Notes under the pieces: generated by a model
Seen by the model: the letters and a program-made list of their open reading frames with translations, nothing else
Told to the model about the DNA's origin: nothing
Database searches by the model: none
Shown here: in pieces, positions 44,911 to 54,660 of the stretch
Layout: each line of letters begins with the position of its first letter
Position numbering within the stretch: the first letter of the stretch is position 1
From: Trueperaceae bacterium
GTDB taxonomy: Bacteria > Deinococcota > Deinococci > Deinococcales > Trueperaceae
Length of the DNA stretch: 64,000 nt
Assembly (NCBI GenBank): GCA_040905465.1
Contig: JBBDRK010000067.1
Location: 19,042-83,041 of the forward strand
Direction of reading: 5' to 3'
Position numbers and translations under genes: made by a program

Positions 44911-45519
44911 TCAACGACTCTTTTCGGCTAGCGCGTTGAGCCAGACTTCGGCGTGGCGCTTCCGCTGGATACTCGAGTTCCGCCAGATCTCTCTCAGATT
45001 CAGGCCAGGAACCGCTTCGAACACGGTCCGGAGCCGTGGCTCGTCCAGAAAGGTGAAGCGCCGGCCGAACTGCTCGCGCTCGCCCTGGCCGTATTTGAAC
45101 GACAGGTACAGGACGCCACGGGTTCTGAGAGCTCGCCGCAGGCGATCCAAGACCCCAGGCAGATGGCGCACTGGTACGTGTAGCAGCGAGGCGCACGCCC
45201 AAATACCGTCGAACTCCTCTTGCCACGTGACCTCCTGAAAGGCCAGGTGGTGCACCTCCCCATCGGCGTTCTCGCGGGCGAGGCGCACCACCTCTGCGCT
45301 CGCGTCCATGCCCAGCACCCGGTAACCGCGCTCGCCAAAGACCTTCATGTCTCGACCTGAACCGCAACCGGCATCGAGGATGCGGGCGCCCGTCCGAAGT
45401 TCCGCGAGGAACGGACGATAGAGCTCCTCCATATCGAGGTCTTTGGTGCGTTCGAAGAACTCCCGGGCGTTGCGATCGTAGTAATCACGATTCAGGTCAG
45501 CAGGCATGCTCGAACTCAT
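44911..45519 (-). CDS. Class I SAM-dependent methyltransferase
   Basis: ILDAGCGSGRD, FDGIWACASLLH, SFKYG. Confidence 0.9.
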   Translation of the reverse strand: MSSSMPADLNRDYYDRNAREFFERTKDLDMEELYRPFLAELRTGARILDAGCGSGRDMKVFGERGYRVLGMDASAEVVRLARENADGEVHHLAFQEVTWQEEFDGIWACASLLHVPVRHLPGVLDRLRRALRTRGVLYLSFKYGQGEREQFGRRFTFLDEPRLRTVFEAVPGLNLREIWRNSSIQRKRHAEVWLNALAEKSR

Positions 45520-45529
45520 GGCCGCGCCT

Positions 45530-46114
45530 CTATTCGTCCGCCGGCGGTTTGCCCCGGCGCCAATCTCTCAGCCGCTGAGCTACCTGGTCAATGCTCGAAT
45601 CAGTCGTGTCGAGCGTCGTTACGCACCAGCGCGGGTCGCCGCGCTGCCAGTCACGCCAGCGCTCCCATCGCATGTCCGGTTCTCCCCCGTCCATTATCAC
45701 GTCTTGGCGCCACTGAGGATCCACGGCGTGCATACGGTTCCATGCCGCCCAATTGAGCATTTCCTGGGACGCTGCTTCGGATGAGCCGCGCGAGCGCAGC
45801 CTGTCTACTCGTTCCACATCACGCACGTCGAGCAAGCATGCGACGACGCCGTCGAGCAGGTGCGCGGACGGCGCCGCGAGCAGCTCGCCATACGACCCTT
45901 GTCCACAAAGGCCAGAATCACGTCCAGTTTCCTGTTTAGCGAGCGCCCGGCGGACCCACGTCTCCATGGCGCGCTGGCGCCAGCGCTTATCAGGGTGTTC
46001 GGGCACCCCGACGTCGTCGAACTCCCACCACGAGACCTCGGGCTCGAGCTCTCGAAGGGCGCCGAGGCACGCGCTTTTGCCAGCCCCGCCGGCGCCACAC
46101 ACGTAAAACAGCAT
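45530..46114 (-). CDS. Small P-loop (nucleoside monophosphate kinase-like) hypothetical protein
   Basis: MLFYVCGAGGAGKS Walker A at the N-terminus, RL..RG lid-like segment, LDTT near the C-terminus. Confidence 0.65.
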   Translation of the reverse strand: MLFYVCGAGGAGKSACLGALRELEPEVSWWEFDDVGVPEHPDKRWRQRAMETWVRRALAKQETGRDSGLCGQGSYGELLAAPSAHLLDGVVACLLDVRDVERVDRLRSRGSSEAASQEMLNWAAWNRMHAVDPQWRQDVIMDGGEPDMRWERWRDWQRGDPRWCVTTLDTTDSSIDQVAQRLRDWRRGKPPADE

Positions 46115-46335
46115 GAACCACTCTAGCGGAACGTGTCGGAGTGTGTCCGGAACGACCCGAGCAGTCGTTGCGCTCTTCGCCGCGGTTTCCTGCGGCACGC
46201 CAAAATGCCACCACGGCACGGTCGCCTGACGGATAATGTCCGAGTGAGCAAGGGCGTCAATGTCTCCACCGAAATCGTAGGAAGTGAGCAACTCCGCCGC
46301 GTGAGGGGGCGTATGTTCAAGAGGGAGAAGATACT

Positions 46336-46959
46336 TTGACAGTCGAACCGCTCCGGCCTCTCCATGCCATCCGCGAGCGGCGAAGCCTCCGCGCGTTCGC
46401 GGATGCCCCGCTGCCCGATGAGATTCTGGCGGTCCTGTTCGAGGCGGCACGGTGGGCTCCTTCTTCGGGGAACGGTCAGCCTTGGCGGTTCGTGGTCGTT
46501 CGGCGCGGGAGCTCCTCTTTTGCGGCGCTGGCTTCGGCGCTGCGGCCAACGAACGGCTGGGCGGCGCGCGCGCCGGTGCTCGTGTTGGCGGCTGCCCAGC
46601 TGGCCCATGTACACCCTGTCAAGCCGCCCAAGCGCAACCGTCTGGCACTTCTCGAGCTGGGTCTGGCGCTCGGCAATCTGCTGACGCAAGCGACCGCAAT
46701 GGGCCTCACGGCACACCCGATGGCCGGCTTCGATCCCACTGCCGCCGGAGAGGCGTTGGACGTCGCCGACGGGTACGAGGTGGCCGTGCTGCTGGCAATA
46801 GGCTATCCGGGCGATCCCGATGACCTCGATCCGGAGGTTCGCGCCAAGGACCAGCGTCCCCGGGAGCGGCGACCGCTGGGCGAGACCGTCTTCGACGGCA
46901 GTTGGGGCGAGCCGGCGCAGTTTGCCGACCGCGACGAACATCCCGATGAGGGAGGGTAG
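46336..46959 (+). CDS. Nitroreductase family protein
   Basis: RRSLRAF, EAARWAPSSGN.QPWRF, H.MAGFD, IGYPG. Confidence 0.9.
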   Translation: MTVEPLRPLHAIRERRSLRAFADAPLPDEILAVLFEAARWAPSSGNGQPWRFVVVRRGSSSFAALASALRPTNGWAARAPVLVLAAAQLAHVHPVKPPKRNRLALLELGLALGNLLTQATAMGLTAHPMAGFDPTAAGEALDVADGYEVAVLLAIGYPGDPDDLDPEVRAKDQRPRERRPLGETVFDGSWGEPAQFADRDEHPDEGG

Positions 46960-48191
46960 TGAGCCTGGCAACCATCGAGGAGGCGGTAGCAGCGGTGATG
47001 GCCGTAGCGCCGGCGCCCACGGCAGAGAGTGCCCCGGCTGAACGAGCGATGGGCCGAACCCTGGCGGCGGATCTGCAAGCTCGAGCCGATCACCCCGGCG
47101 CAGACGTATCTGCCATGGACGGCTACGCCTGCCGTGCCGCCGACACGGCAGGGGCCACGTCGCGTCGGCCCAAGCGACTAAAGGTAGTGGGAGAGGCCGC
47201 GGCCGGTGCGCTGGCAACCGGAACGCTTCGCTCGGGCGAGGCGGTGACTATCTCCACCGGAGCGCCACTGCCGCAAGGTAGCGACGCAATCGCAGTGCTG
47301 GAAGACACGCGGCGCGACGGTGAGGATGTCGTGCTGTCGCGCCCGGCGACGCCGAAGCACATTCGGCGCAAGGGAGAGGACCTTCTCCGTGGGCAGGCTT
47401 ACCTGCTCGCCGGAGAAGAGTTGGATCCGTTTCGTCTCGCCGCCGTCGCCGCGCTCGGGCACGCCGAACTGGAGGTGGTTCGTCGTCCGCGCGTTGCCGT
47501 GTTGGTGACGGGTCCCGAACTGGTGCCGCCCAACGCGCCGACGCGGTCGAATCCGCTTTTCGACTCTAACGGTCCACTCCTCTTAGCGCTTCTGCGCCGC
47601 TTCGGGGCTGAGCCGAGCGTGCGCTCGGGGGTGGGCGACCGCGAGGAGGAGATGGAAGCGGCCTGGACCGCCGCCTCGGACGCCGACCTGATCGTGACCA
47701 CGGGCGGGGCGTCGATCGGCCGGCACGACGCGGTCCGCAGGGTTCTGGAGGCAGAGGGCCGCCTTGTCTTCGGTGGAGTCAGCGTCCGACCCGGTGGGCC
47801 TGCGATGCTGGCCGCCTGGCGCGACAAGATGGTGCTGGCACTGCCGGGCAATCCGGTCGCGGCAGCGCTGTTGGCGACGGTTCTTCTGAGTGCCTGGTGT
47901 CACGCCGCTTTGGGACGCCGCGGCCGGCCGCCGTTCCTTCGGGATTACGGTGCCGTGGCAACCACACCGGTAGGCGGGATCAGGGAGAAGACCTGCCTGT
48001 GGCTGGCGAACGCAGCGACTGACGAGCAGGGAAGAGTCGCCGCGAGTGTGGTAAGGCCACAGGGACCTGCGCGCATCGAGGCGCTGCTCCGTGCGAACGC
48101 GGTGATCGTGATGCCGCCCGGGCAAGGCGTGGCGGCTGGTGCGGCGGTGCGACTCGTGGCGCTCCCGGTAACCGGGAGCAGGGGCCTATAG
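46959..48191 (+). CDS. moeA: Molybdopterin molybdotransferase
   Basis: SAMDGYA, ISTGAPLP.G.DA, DSNG, TTGG.S.G..D, LPGNPV. Confidence 0.88.
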   Translation: MSLATIEEAVAAVMAVAPAPTAESAPAERAMGRTLAADLQARADHPGADVSAMDGYACRAADTAGATSRRPKRLKVVGEAAAGALATGTLRSGEAVTISTGAPLPQGSDAIAVLEDTRRDGEDVVLSRPATPKHIRRKGEDLLRGQAYLLAGEELDPFRLAAVAALGHAELEVVRRPRVAVLVTGPELVPPNAPTRSNPLFDSNGPLLLALLRRFGAEPSVRSGVGDREEEMEAAWTAASDADLIVTTGGASIGRHDAVRRVLEAEGRLVFGGVSVRPGGPAMLAAWRDKMVLALPGNPVAAALLATVLLSAWCHAALGRRGRPPFLRDYGAVATTPVGGIREKTCLWLANAATDEQGRVAASVVRPQGPARIEALLRANAVIVMPPGQGVAAGAAVRLVALPVTGSRGL

Positions 48192-49046
48192 CGGGTCGGC
48201 CTCCAGGCCGGTGATCCGTTCCGCGCCCGCATAGACGTTGAAGCGGCCGTTTCTCAGGAAGCCGATCAATGTGACGCCGTAACGGAGCGCTACGTCGACC
48301 GCCAGGCTGGAAGGGGCCGAGACGGCGGCGAAGACGGGGATTCGTGCCGCGACGGCCTTCTGCAGCAGCTCGAAGGAGGCGCGCCCGCTCACGCACACCA
48401 ACTGATCGTCCAGGGGACGCCGTTCGAGGAACGCCCACCCCAGCAACTTGTCCATGGCGTTGTGGCGGCCGACGTCCTCGCGAAGCGCGACGAGTTCGCC
48501 TTGCATGTCGAACAGGCCGGCGGCGTGCAGCCCCCCGGTCGCCCCGAACAGGTCCTGATTCCGGCGCAGTACCTCGGGCAACGCCGTCACCGTTTGGACT
48601 GGCACGACTGTGCCACTCGCCAGGCGGGGCGCCCCGCGCAGCTCGATGGCGTCGAGTTGGGCCTTGCCGCACACGCCACAGGCCGAAGTGACAGTGAAGT
48701 GCCGCTCCAGCCTGTCCAGCGCCGGCAGGACCGAGCCGCGCAACTCTACGTTGACCACGTTGTAATGCTGGTCTTCGTCGACCTCGGTGCAGTAGCGGAT
48801 CAGGTCGATCTCCTCGCGATCCTTCACGATCCCCTCGGCATGGAGGAAGCCGGCCGCCAGCTCGAAGTCGTTGCCGGGCGTCCGCATGGTTATCGCCACG
48901 GTGGCGCGTTCGCCGCCCGCTACCAGTCGGATCTCCATCGGCTCCTCACCCGCCACCAGATCGCGAGCATTGCGGTTCACCTTTTCGCCTTGGACGCGAA
49001 CGATCGGCACTCGCGTCTTCGGGCGTGCCCTGCGTACCGCCATCAC
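48186..49046 (-). CDS. fdhD: Formate dehydrogenase accessory sulfurtransferase
   Basis: EEP.EI, TMRTPG.D.ELA.GFL, SACGVCG, TGGLHAA, REDVGRHNA.DK, SAPSSLA. Confidence 0.93.
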   Translation of the reverse strand: MMAVRRARPKTRVPIVRVQGEKVNRNARDLVAGEEPMEIRLVAGGERATVAITMRTPGNDFELAAGFLHAEGIVKDREEIDLIRYCTEVDEDQHYNVVNVELRGSVLPALDRLERHFTVTSACGVCGKAQLDAIELRGAPRLASGTVVPVQTVTALPEVLRRNQDLFGATGGLHAAGLFDMQGELVALREDVGRHNAMDKLLGWAFLERRPLDDQLVCVSGRASFELLQKAVAARIPVFAAVSAPSSLAVDVALRYGVTLIGFLRNGRFNVYAGAERITGLEADPL

Positions 49047-51337
49047 ACGCGCGGCGCGGCCGGATCGGGTGAAGCGGTCGTCTCGTCGTCGGCGCGCCGC
49101 CGCACCTGCGCCCGCGAGTCCTTGTATGCCGGGATATGTGCCTGAGCCGAGCGTTTGCCGGCGTCGAGCAACACGTTGGCCTCCGGCCAGTGCACCTGGA
49201 CGGCGCCGGGTGCCATCGGCGCCGTGACCAGGTGGCCGTGGAGGGAGCCGCGCTCGTTCTCGACTACGACGGCGTCACCCGAGCGCAGGCCCAGGCGTTC
49301 GGCGTCTTCCTTCGCCATCAGCACCGCGTCGCGCCGGCTGCCGTTCAGTGAATCGCGCTCGGCCTGGACGATGCTGTTGAACTGCTTGCCGCGGCGCGTG
49401 ATCACTGCCAGGGAGCCGTCTGGCCGCTGTTGCGCCGGGACTGTCGGCAGGTGGAACCGGGCCTTGCCGTCGCCGGTCGGGAACTCCGGTCCCGCGCACA
49501 GGTGCGCGCCGCCGTACTGGACCTGGTCTCCCTTCTTCCGCAGGTGTTCTATGCCGCTGTACATCGGCACGACGCGCGCGATCTCATCGCGAATCGCCTG
49601 GGTGTCGGCGAAGCGCACCGCCTCGGCGCGGTCGGGACGCACGCGTGCTGCCAGTTCCCCCAGGATCTCCCACTCCGGCCTTGCCTCCTCGACCCTGGGC
49701 CCGGGAATCTCGGGACTGAAGATTATTCGCCGTTCCGTCGATGTCTCCGTTACGCCGCCGGCCATCTCATAGCGGGTGGTGGTGGGCAGGAGCAGTACCG
49801 TGTCGGCCGGCTCCACCAGCATCTGACTGCTGGGCACGATGTCTATGTGGACTCTCAGCCCGATGCGCGCGAAGGCGGCGTCGACTCCGCTGGGATCGGG
49901 CATCACTTCCCGGAAGTTGCCCCCTACCGCCAGCAGCACGTCGATGTCGTCTTCGGCGGCGGCGTCCAGCATCTGCGGCGTGGTCAGGCCCGGCGACTCG
50001 GGCAGGTCGAAACCGTAAGCTTCCGCGAGCACACCAGTTGCCTGCGGCGTAACGGGGTGCCCGCCCGGAAGCGCGGTGGCGTAAGCGCCCATCTCGGCCC
50101 CGCCCTGCACGCCGGAATGGCCGCGGATCGGCATCAGTCCGCAGCCCTCGCGGCCGACGAAGCCCCGGCTCAGCGCCAGATCGATGATGGCCCGGACGTT
50201 GTCCTCGCCGCTCGTGTGTTGGGTGACGCCCATCCCCCACACGAATACCGCCCGGCGGGCTTCGCCGACCATCTCGGCGTACGCCCTCATCTCGGAACGC
50301 GGCAGGCCGGCAGCGGCCTCCAGCGCGTCCCAGGGCATCGCTTCCAGCGCCTGGCGCAACTCCTCGAAGCCCGTCGTGCGCTCGTCGACGAACGTCCGGT
50401 CGACCGCGCTCCGTTCGATCAGCTCCTTCAGCGTCCCGTAGAGGAACGCCCGATCGCCGCCCGATGCTACCCGGAAGAAGCGGTCGGTGATCTTGGTGCC
50501 GAACAGGGCACTCTCGACATCGGAAGGGACCCAGTAGGCGTCCATGCCCGGTTCTTCGTACGGGTTCACCGTCACCACCCGCGTTCCGGCCTTCTTTGCG
50601 TGATACAGGTACTTCATCATCACCGGCTGGTTCTTGGCGACGTTCGAGCCGATGAAGGTGATCAGGTCGGTGCCGATGAGATCGCTGTACGAACAGGTGG
50701 TGGCGCCCACGCCCAGCGCGGCTTTCAGCGCCACCGTGCTCGGAGAGTGGCAGACTCGGGCTGCATTGTCGACGTTGTGAGTACCGATGGCGCGCATCGC
50801 CTTCTGCGCCACGTAGTAGGTCTCGTTGGGGATTCCGCGGCTGGTCAGGTACAGGAACGTGCGGTCGGGGTGTGTAGCACGCATTCGTTCCGCGATCGTC
50901 TCCAGCGCTTCGTTCCAGGAGATGCGCCGAAAGCCGGGCTCGCCGCGCCGGCGCACCATCGGATAGGGGAGGCGACCCAGTTCCCGCAGGTCGCGGGAGC
51001 GCAGGGTGCGCAGCTCGGAAACGTCACGAAGCCGGCTGCCGTCCATCGCCGCCAAGGTGTTCAGCCGTAACAGGCGCAGCCGCACGTTGCACAGGTGGAC
51101 GCCATCGACTGTCCAGTCCTTCATGCCGTTGGTGCCGAGGGCGCAGCCGTCGCAGACCCCGTCGTTGAGGATCCTCCAGGCGTAGCCAGCCTGGTCCCGA
51201 TTCTCCCAGCCGGCACGGAAGACCTCGCCGAAGTTCTCGAGGTGCGTCAGAGGCAGCCAGCTTGCCCAAGTGGCTGGATCCCAACCTTCCCTGGGCGGTC
51301 TGACGTAGCGTTTCGGGCGGCTCTTGAAGATGCCCAC
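49043..51337 (-). CDS. FdhF/YdeP family molybdopterin oxidoreductase
   Basis: CDGCALG, NNxDN-like HNVDNAARVCHSPS, PIRGHSGVQG, TRRGKQFNS, C-terminal dinucleotide-binding domain. Confidence 0.9.
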   Translation of the reverse strand: MGIFKSRPKRYVRPPREGWDPATWASWLPLTHLENFGEVFRAGWENRDQAGYAWRILNDGVCDGCALGTNGMKDWTVDGVHLCNVRLRLLRLNTLAAMDGSRLRDVSELRTLRSRDLRELGRLPYPMVRRRGEPGFRRISWNEALETIAERMRATHPDRTFLYLTSRGIPNETYYVAQKAMRAIGTHNVDNAARVCHSPSTVALKAALGVGATTCSYSDLIGTDLITFIGSNVAKNQPVMMKYLYHAKKAGTRVVTVNPYEEPGMDAYWVPSDVESALFGTKITDRFFRVASGGDRAFLYGTLKELIERSAVDRTFVDERTTGFEELRQALEAMPWDALEAAAGLPRSEMRAYAEMVGEARRAVFVWGMGVTQHTSGEDNVRAIIDLALSRGFVGREGCGLMPIRGHSGVQGGAEMGAYATALPGGHPVTPQATGVLAEAYGFDLPESPGLTTPQMLDAAAEDDIDVLLAVGGNFREVMPDPSGVDAAFARIGLRVHIDIVPSSQMLVEPADTVLLLPTTTRYEMAGGVTETSTERRIIFSPEIPGPRVEEARPEWEILGELAARVRPDRAEAVRFADTQAIRDEIARVVPMYSGIEHLRKKGDQVQYGGAHLCAGPEFPTGDGKARFHLPTVPAQQRPDGSLAVITRRGKQFNSIVQAERDSLNGSRRDAVLMAKEDAERLGLRSGDAVVVENERGSLHGHLVTAPMAPGAVQVHWPEANVLLDAGKRSAQAHIPAYKDSRAQVRRRADDETTASPDPAAPRV

Positions 51338-51387
51338 GACGGCTCCCTTCTTGCGAGGTCCGGTTAGAGCATAAGACGAGACATCGG

Positions 51388-51445
51388 TTGACAGGCGCGG
51401 GCCGACTCCCTATACTCGCCTCACTCCAACTGGATTGGATCCAAT
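51388..51445 (+). promoter_or_regulatory. Sigma70 promoter with palindromic GntR operator
   Basis: TTGACA (51388-51393), 17 bp, TATACT (51411-51416); perfect palindrome ATTGGATCCAAT (51434-51445). Confidence 0.78.
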
Positions 51446-51448
51446 ATC

Positions 51449-52189
51449 ATGGATTCTACTTTGTTCGAAACCCTCGGGCGCGAACTCGCCCCTGAGCAAG
51501 TTACGGCTCGCCTGCGAGAGGCGATCACCTCAGGCGTGCTGCGTCCCGGCGAACGGATCAACCAGGCCGAGCTCGCCCAGCGGTTCGGCGTCTCCCGCAT
51601 GCCGGTTCGCGAGGCGCTGAGGCGCCTGCACGCCGAAGGGCTCGTGACGCTCCTGCCGTATCGCAGCGCCATCGTCTCCGGCCTCTCCGTTCGCGAACTA
51701 CGAGAGATCTACGAGATGCGCATGGCGCTCGAGGTCCTGGCACTTCGCATAGGTTGCGAGGAGGGCGACGGGCTTCCTCTGGATGACATGGAGGACATCC
51801 TGCGCCGTATGGACGAGGGCCCCGACAGCGATGCCTGGCTGGCCCTCAACACGGCCTTCCACGACCTGCTCTACACCACCGCCGACCGTCCCCTGCTGCT
51901 GGAGAACATCGGGATGCTGCGCAACAAGTCCGACCGGTTCCTACGCCTGTTCGCCGCCAAGCGCGACCGCACAGCCCACGCCCAGCAAGAGCACTGGGAG
52001 ATCCTCCGCGCCCTCAAGCGGTTCGACGTCGATGCCGCCTGCCGACTGTTGCAAGCTCACCTCGAGAGCACTATCACGTCCCTGTCCGAAACCCTCGGCT
52101 CCGGCGAAGCCAGCGCTTCCGAGATGGAGGCGCACGCTCGCGAGAAGTCCGTCGCCGCTGGTCGAGCCGCCGCGGATCGGGAGGAGTAG
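51449..52189 (+). CDS. GntR family regulator (FCD domain)
   Basis: LRPGERINQAELAQRFGVSRMPVREALRRL, N..FH, EH..I. Confidence 0.92.
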   Translation: MDSTLFETLGRELAPEQVTARLREAITSGVLRPGERINQAELAQRFGVSRMPVREALRRLHAEGLVTLLPYRSAIVSGLSVRELREIYEMRMALEVLALRIGCEEGDGLPLDDMEDILRRMDEGPDSDAWLALNTAFHDLLYTTADRPLLLENIGMLRNKSDRFLRLFAAKRDRTAHAQQEHWEILRALKRFDVDAACRLLQAHLESTITSLSETLGSGEASASEMEAHAREKSVAAGRAAADREE

Positions 52190-52193
52190 ACCG

Positions 52194-52955
52194 ATGCGCA
52201 TCGTCCGCTTTGCAAGCCCCGCCGGGGCCCGCTACGGGATGGTCGACCGCGAAACGGTCTACCGACTAGGTGGAGATATCTTCGAGTCCCCCGCTCGCGG
52301 CGTGGAGGTTGGGCCGTTGGCCGAGGTGCGCCTGTTGGCGCCGGTGGAACCGAGCACCATCGTCTGTGTCGGCAACAACTACAACGATCTCCTCGAGCTG
52401 AAGGGGTTGGAGCGACCGGAGATCCCGAACGTGTTCCTGAAGGCGGTGAACGCTATCGTAGGCCCCGACGCGGACGTGATCAAACCGAAGGGCAACCGCT
52501 TCGAGTTCGAGGGGGAGCTGACGCTGGTGATCGGCAAGACGGCGCGCAAGATCGAAGCAGCCGCCTGGCGCGATTACGTGCTCGGCTTCACCGTGGGCAA
52601 CGATCTGAGCGCGCGCGACTGGCAGCAGAAGGACACACAGTGGTGGCGCGCCAAGAGCAGCGACACCTTCTGCCCGGTGGGACCGTGGATCGAGACCGAC
52701 GTCGAGGAGCCGGGCAACTTGCGGCTCCGCACGCTGGTAAACGGTGAGGTGAGGCAGGACAGCTCGACGAGCGACCTCACCTTCGATCTCGGTGCGGTGC
52801 TGGAGATCGTGACGTCTTCCATTACCTTGCAGCCGGGCGACATCGTGCTCACCGGGACGCCCCCCGGTTTCGTACCCCTTCACGACGGGGACGTGCTCGA
52901 GGTCGAAGTCGAAGGCGTGGGCACCTTGCGCAATACGGTTCGCGAGGAATCCTGA
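52194..52955 (+). CDS. Fumarylacetoacetate hydrolase family protein
   Basis: CVGNNY, FLK, EFEGEL, NDLSARDWQ, AKSSDTFCP.GP, PGDIVLTGTP. Confidence 0.92.
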   Translation: MRIVRFASPAGARYGMVDRETVYRLGGDIFESPARGVEVGPLAEVRLLAPVEPSTIVCVGNNYNDLLELKGLERPEIPNVFLKAVNAIVGPDADVIKPKGNRFEFEGELTLVIGKTARKIEAAAWRDYVLGFTVGNDLSARDWQQKDTQWWRAKSSDTFCPVGPWIETDVEEPGNLRLRTLVNGEVRQDSSTSDLTFDLGAVLEIVTSSITLQPGDIVLTGTPPGFVPLHDGDVLEVEVEGVGTLRNTVREES

Positions 52956-53834
52956 GTGGCGCACTCAGCCACCGACAAGGACGGGGGCGCGGGTCGCGTA
53001 CCTCAGGCAGCCACGGGCTCCGCCGCCAAACTGGTGATGGACGGGATCGGCAAGCGCTTCCGGATCAAGCAGAGGGGCCAGCAGCATGAGTTCCTTGCCC
53101 TCGACGACGTGAACCTCGAGATCCGCGACCGCGAGTTCGTATCCGTTATAGGCCCCAGCGGCTCGGGCAAGACTACGCTGCTCAAGATAGTCGCCGGTCT
53201 TCTGCAGCCCGACGCGGGAGAAGTGCGGATCGACGGCGTGCGGGTCACGGAGCCCGGCCCGGACCGCGCCGTCGTATTCCAGACGTTCGGTCTGTTCCCG
53301 TGGAAGACCGTTCTCGACAACGTCAGTTTTCCCCTCACCATCCGAAACCGGCCCAAGCACGAAGCCCAGGAAACCGCACGCCGTTTCGTCGGCAAGGTCG
53401 GCCTCGACGGATTCGAGGACGCGTATCCGCACCAGCTTTCCGGCGGCATGCAGCAGCGCGTGGGGTTGGCTCGCGCCCTGGCGGCCGACCCGCAGATACT
53501 GCTGATGGACGAGCCGTTCGGGGCGATCGACGCGCAGACGCGTGAACTGATGCAGGAGGAACTGCTCCGCCTCTGGAGCGATGCGCGCAAGTGCGTCATG
53601 TTCGTCACCCACGACCTGGACGAGGCAGTACTGCTGGCCGACCGGGTAGTGGTGCTGTCGAGTCAGCCGGGAACGGTTCAGGCGGTAATCGACGTACCGC
53701 TGCCCCGACCGCGCTGGGAGTACGACGTGCGGTCGCGCAAGGAGTTTGCCGAGATCCGACACGAGATCTGGTCCATGCTGCGCGAGGGCCTGGTAAAGGC
53801 CAGGAGCGATCGGGCGGCGCCGGCCGGATCGTGA
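52956..53834 (+). CDS. NitT/TauT family ABC ATPase
   Basis: GPSGSGKT, LFPW, LSGGMQQR, MDEPFGAIDAQTR, VTHDLDEA. Confidence 0.93.
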   Translation: MAHSATDKDGGAGRVPQAATGSAAKLVMDGIGKRFRIKQRGQQHEFLALDDVNLEIRDREFVSVIGPSGSGKTTLLKIVAGLLQPDAGEVRIDGVRVTEPGPDRAVVFQTFGLFPWKTVLDNVSFPLTIRNRPKHEAQETARRFVGKVGLDGFEDAYPHQLSGGMQQRVGLARALAADPQILLMDEPFGAIDAQTRELMQEELLRLWSDARKCVMFVTHDLDEAVLLADRVVVLSSQPGTVQAVIDVPLPRPRWEYDVRSRKEFAEIRHEIWSMLREGLVKARSDRAAPAGS

Positions 53835-53847
53835 GGAGGAGAGCGGG

Positions 53848-54582
53848 ATGCGTTACCTGAAGCACCTCATCTTCGCCGTCATCCTGTTCGGCACCTGGGA
53901 GCTCGCTGGCCAGTTGGGCAACCCGGTCCTCTTGCCGCCGGTCTCCAGCGTGGCCCTCGCCCTCTTCGACCTCACGTTCGGTCCGCTGCCTGCCGCGCTG
54001 CTGGAGAGCCTGCAACTGCTGTTCCTCGGATTCAGCACCGCGTTGATCCTCGGGTTCCTGCTCGGCCTGATCGTCGGTCGTTACCGCGTGATGGACCGTA
54101 CCTTGAGTCCCTACTTCAGCGCCCTGTACGCGCTTCCCACCGTTGCCCTGGTGCCGCTGGTCCTGATCTGGTTCGGCTTCGACCTGTCGGGCCGCGTTGT
54201 GGTCGTGTTCCTGGCCTCATTCTTCCCGATCCTCATCAACGTCTACCAGGGGGCACGAGATGCGCCGCACGACCTTCTGGAGGTAGCTCGCTCCTGCGGA
54301 GTCAAATCCGAAGCGGGCCTGCTGCGACGTGTGGTGATTCCGGCCGCCGTGCCGTTCATCCTGGCCGGCGTGCGCCTTGGCATTGGCCGGGGCGTCGTCG
54401 GAATGGCCATCGCCGAGGTGTACCTGCGCCTCAGCGGGATCGGCACGCTCATAGCTCAGTACGCCAGTTCGTTCCAGACGGATTACCTGATCGCCGCCAT
54501 CCTTCCGCTGCCTATCCTCGGCATCGTCCTGACCAAGATCCTGGCGCTGCTCGAGGCCCGCTATCAGGTGTGGAAGGCCTGA
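53848..54582 (+). CDS. NitT/TauT family ABC permease
   Basis: Hydrophobic; LPP, P.VALVPL..IWFG, EVARS.G, GVRLG...AE. Confidence 0.9.
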   Translation: MRYLKHLIFAVILFGTWELAGQLGNPVLLPPVSSVALALFDLTFGPLPAALLESLQLLFLGFSTALILGFLLGLIVGRYRVMDRTLSPYFSALYALPTVALVPLVLIWFGFDLSGRVVVVFLASFFPILINVYQGARDAPHDLLEVARSCGVKSEAGLLRRVVIPAAVPFILAGVRLGIGRGVVGMAIAEVYLRLSGIGTLIAQYASSFQTDYLIAAILPLPILGIVLTKILALLEARYQVWKA

Positions 54583-54660
54583 ACCAACTTGCTCCGACGA
54601 AAGGAGGCGCAGCACAGGTCGCGATTTCTCGTCAGACCCTTTCCCGCTAAGGAGTACCTC

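Noticed and set aside
46115-46335. Moco riboswitch upstream of nitroreductase-moeA
   Set aside because: I could not see the conserved Moco RNA elements; an Infernal scan would be needed
49430-51070. 546-aa plus-strand ORF, and similar long antisense ORFs (36308-37543, 46123-47217, 62087-62959)
   Set aside because: Antisense shadows of well-supported genes in GC-rich DNA; no motifs
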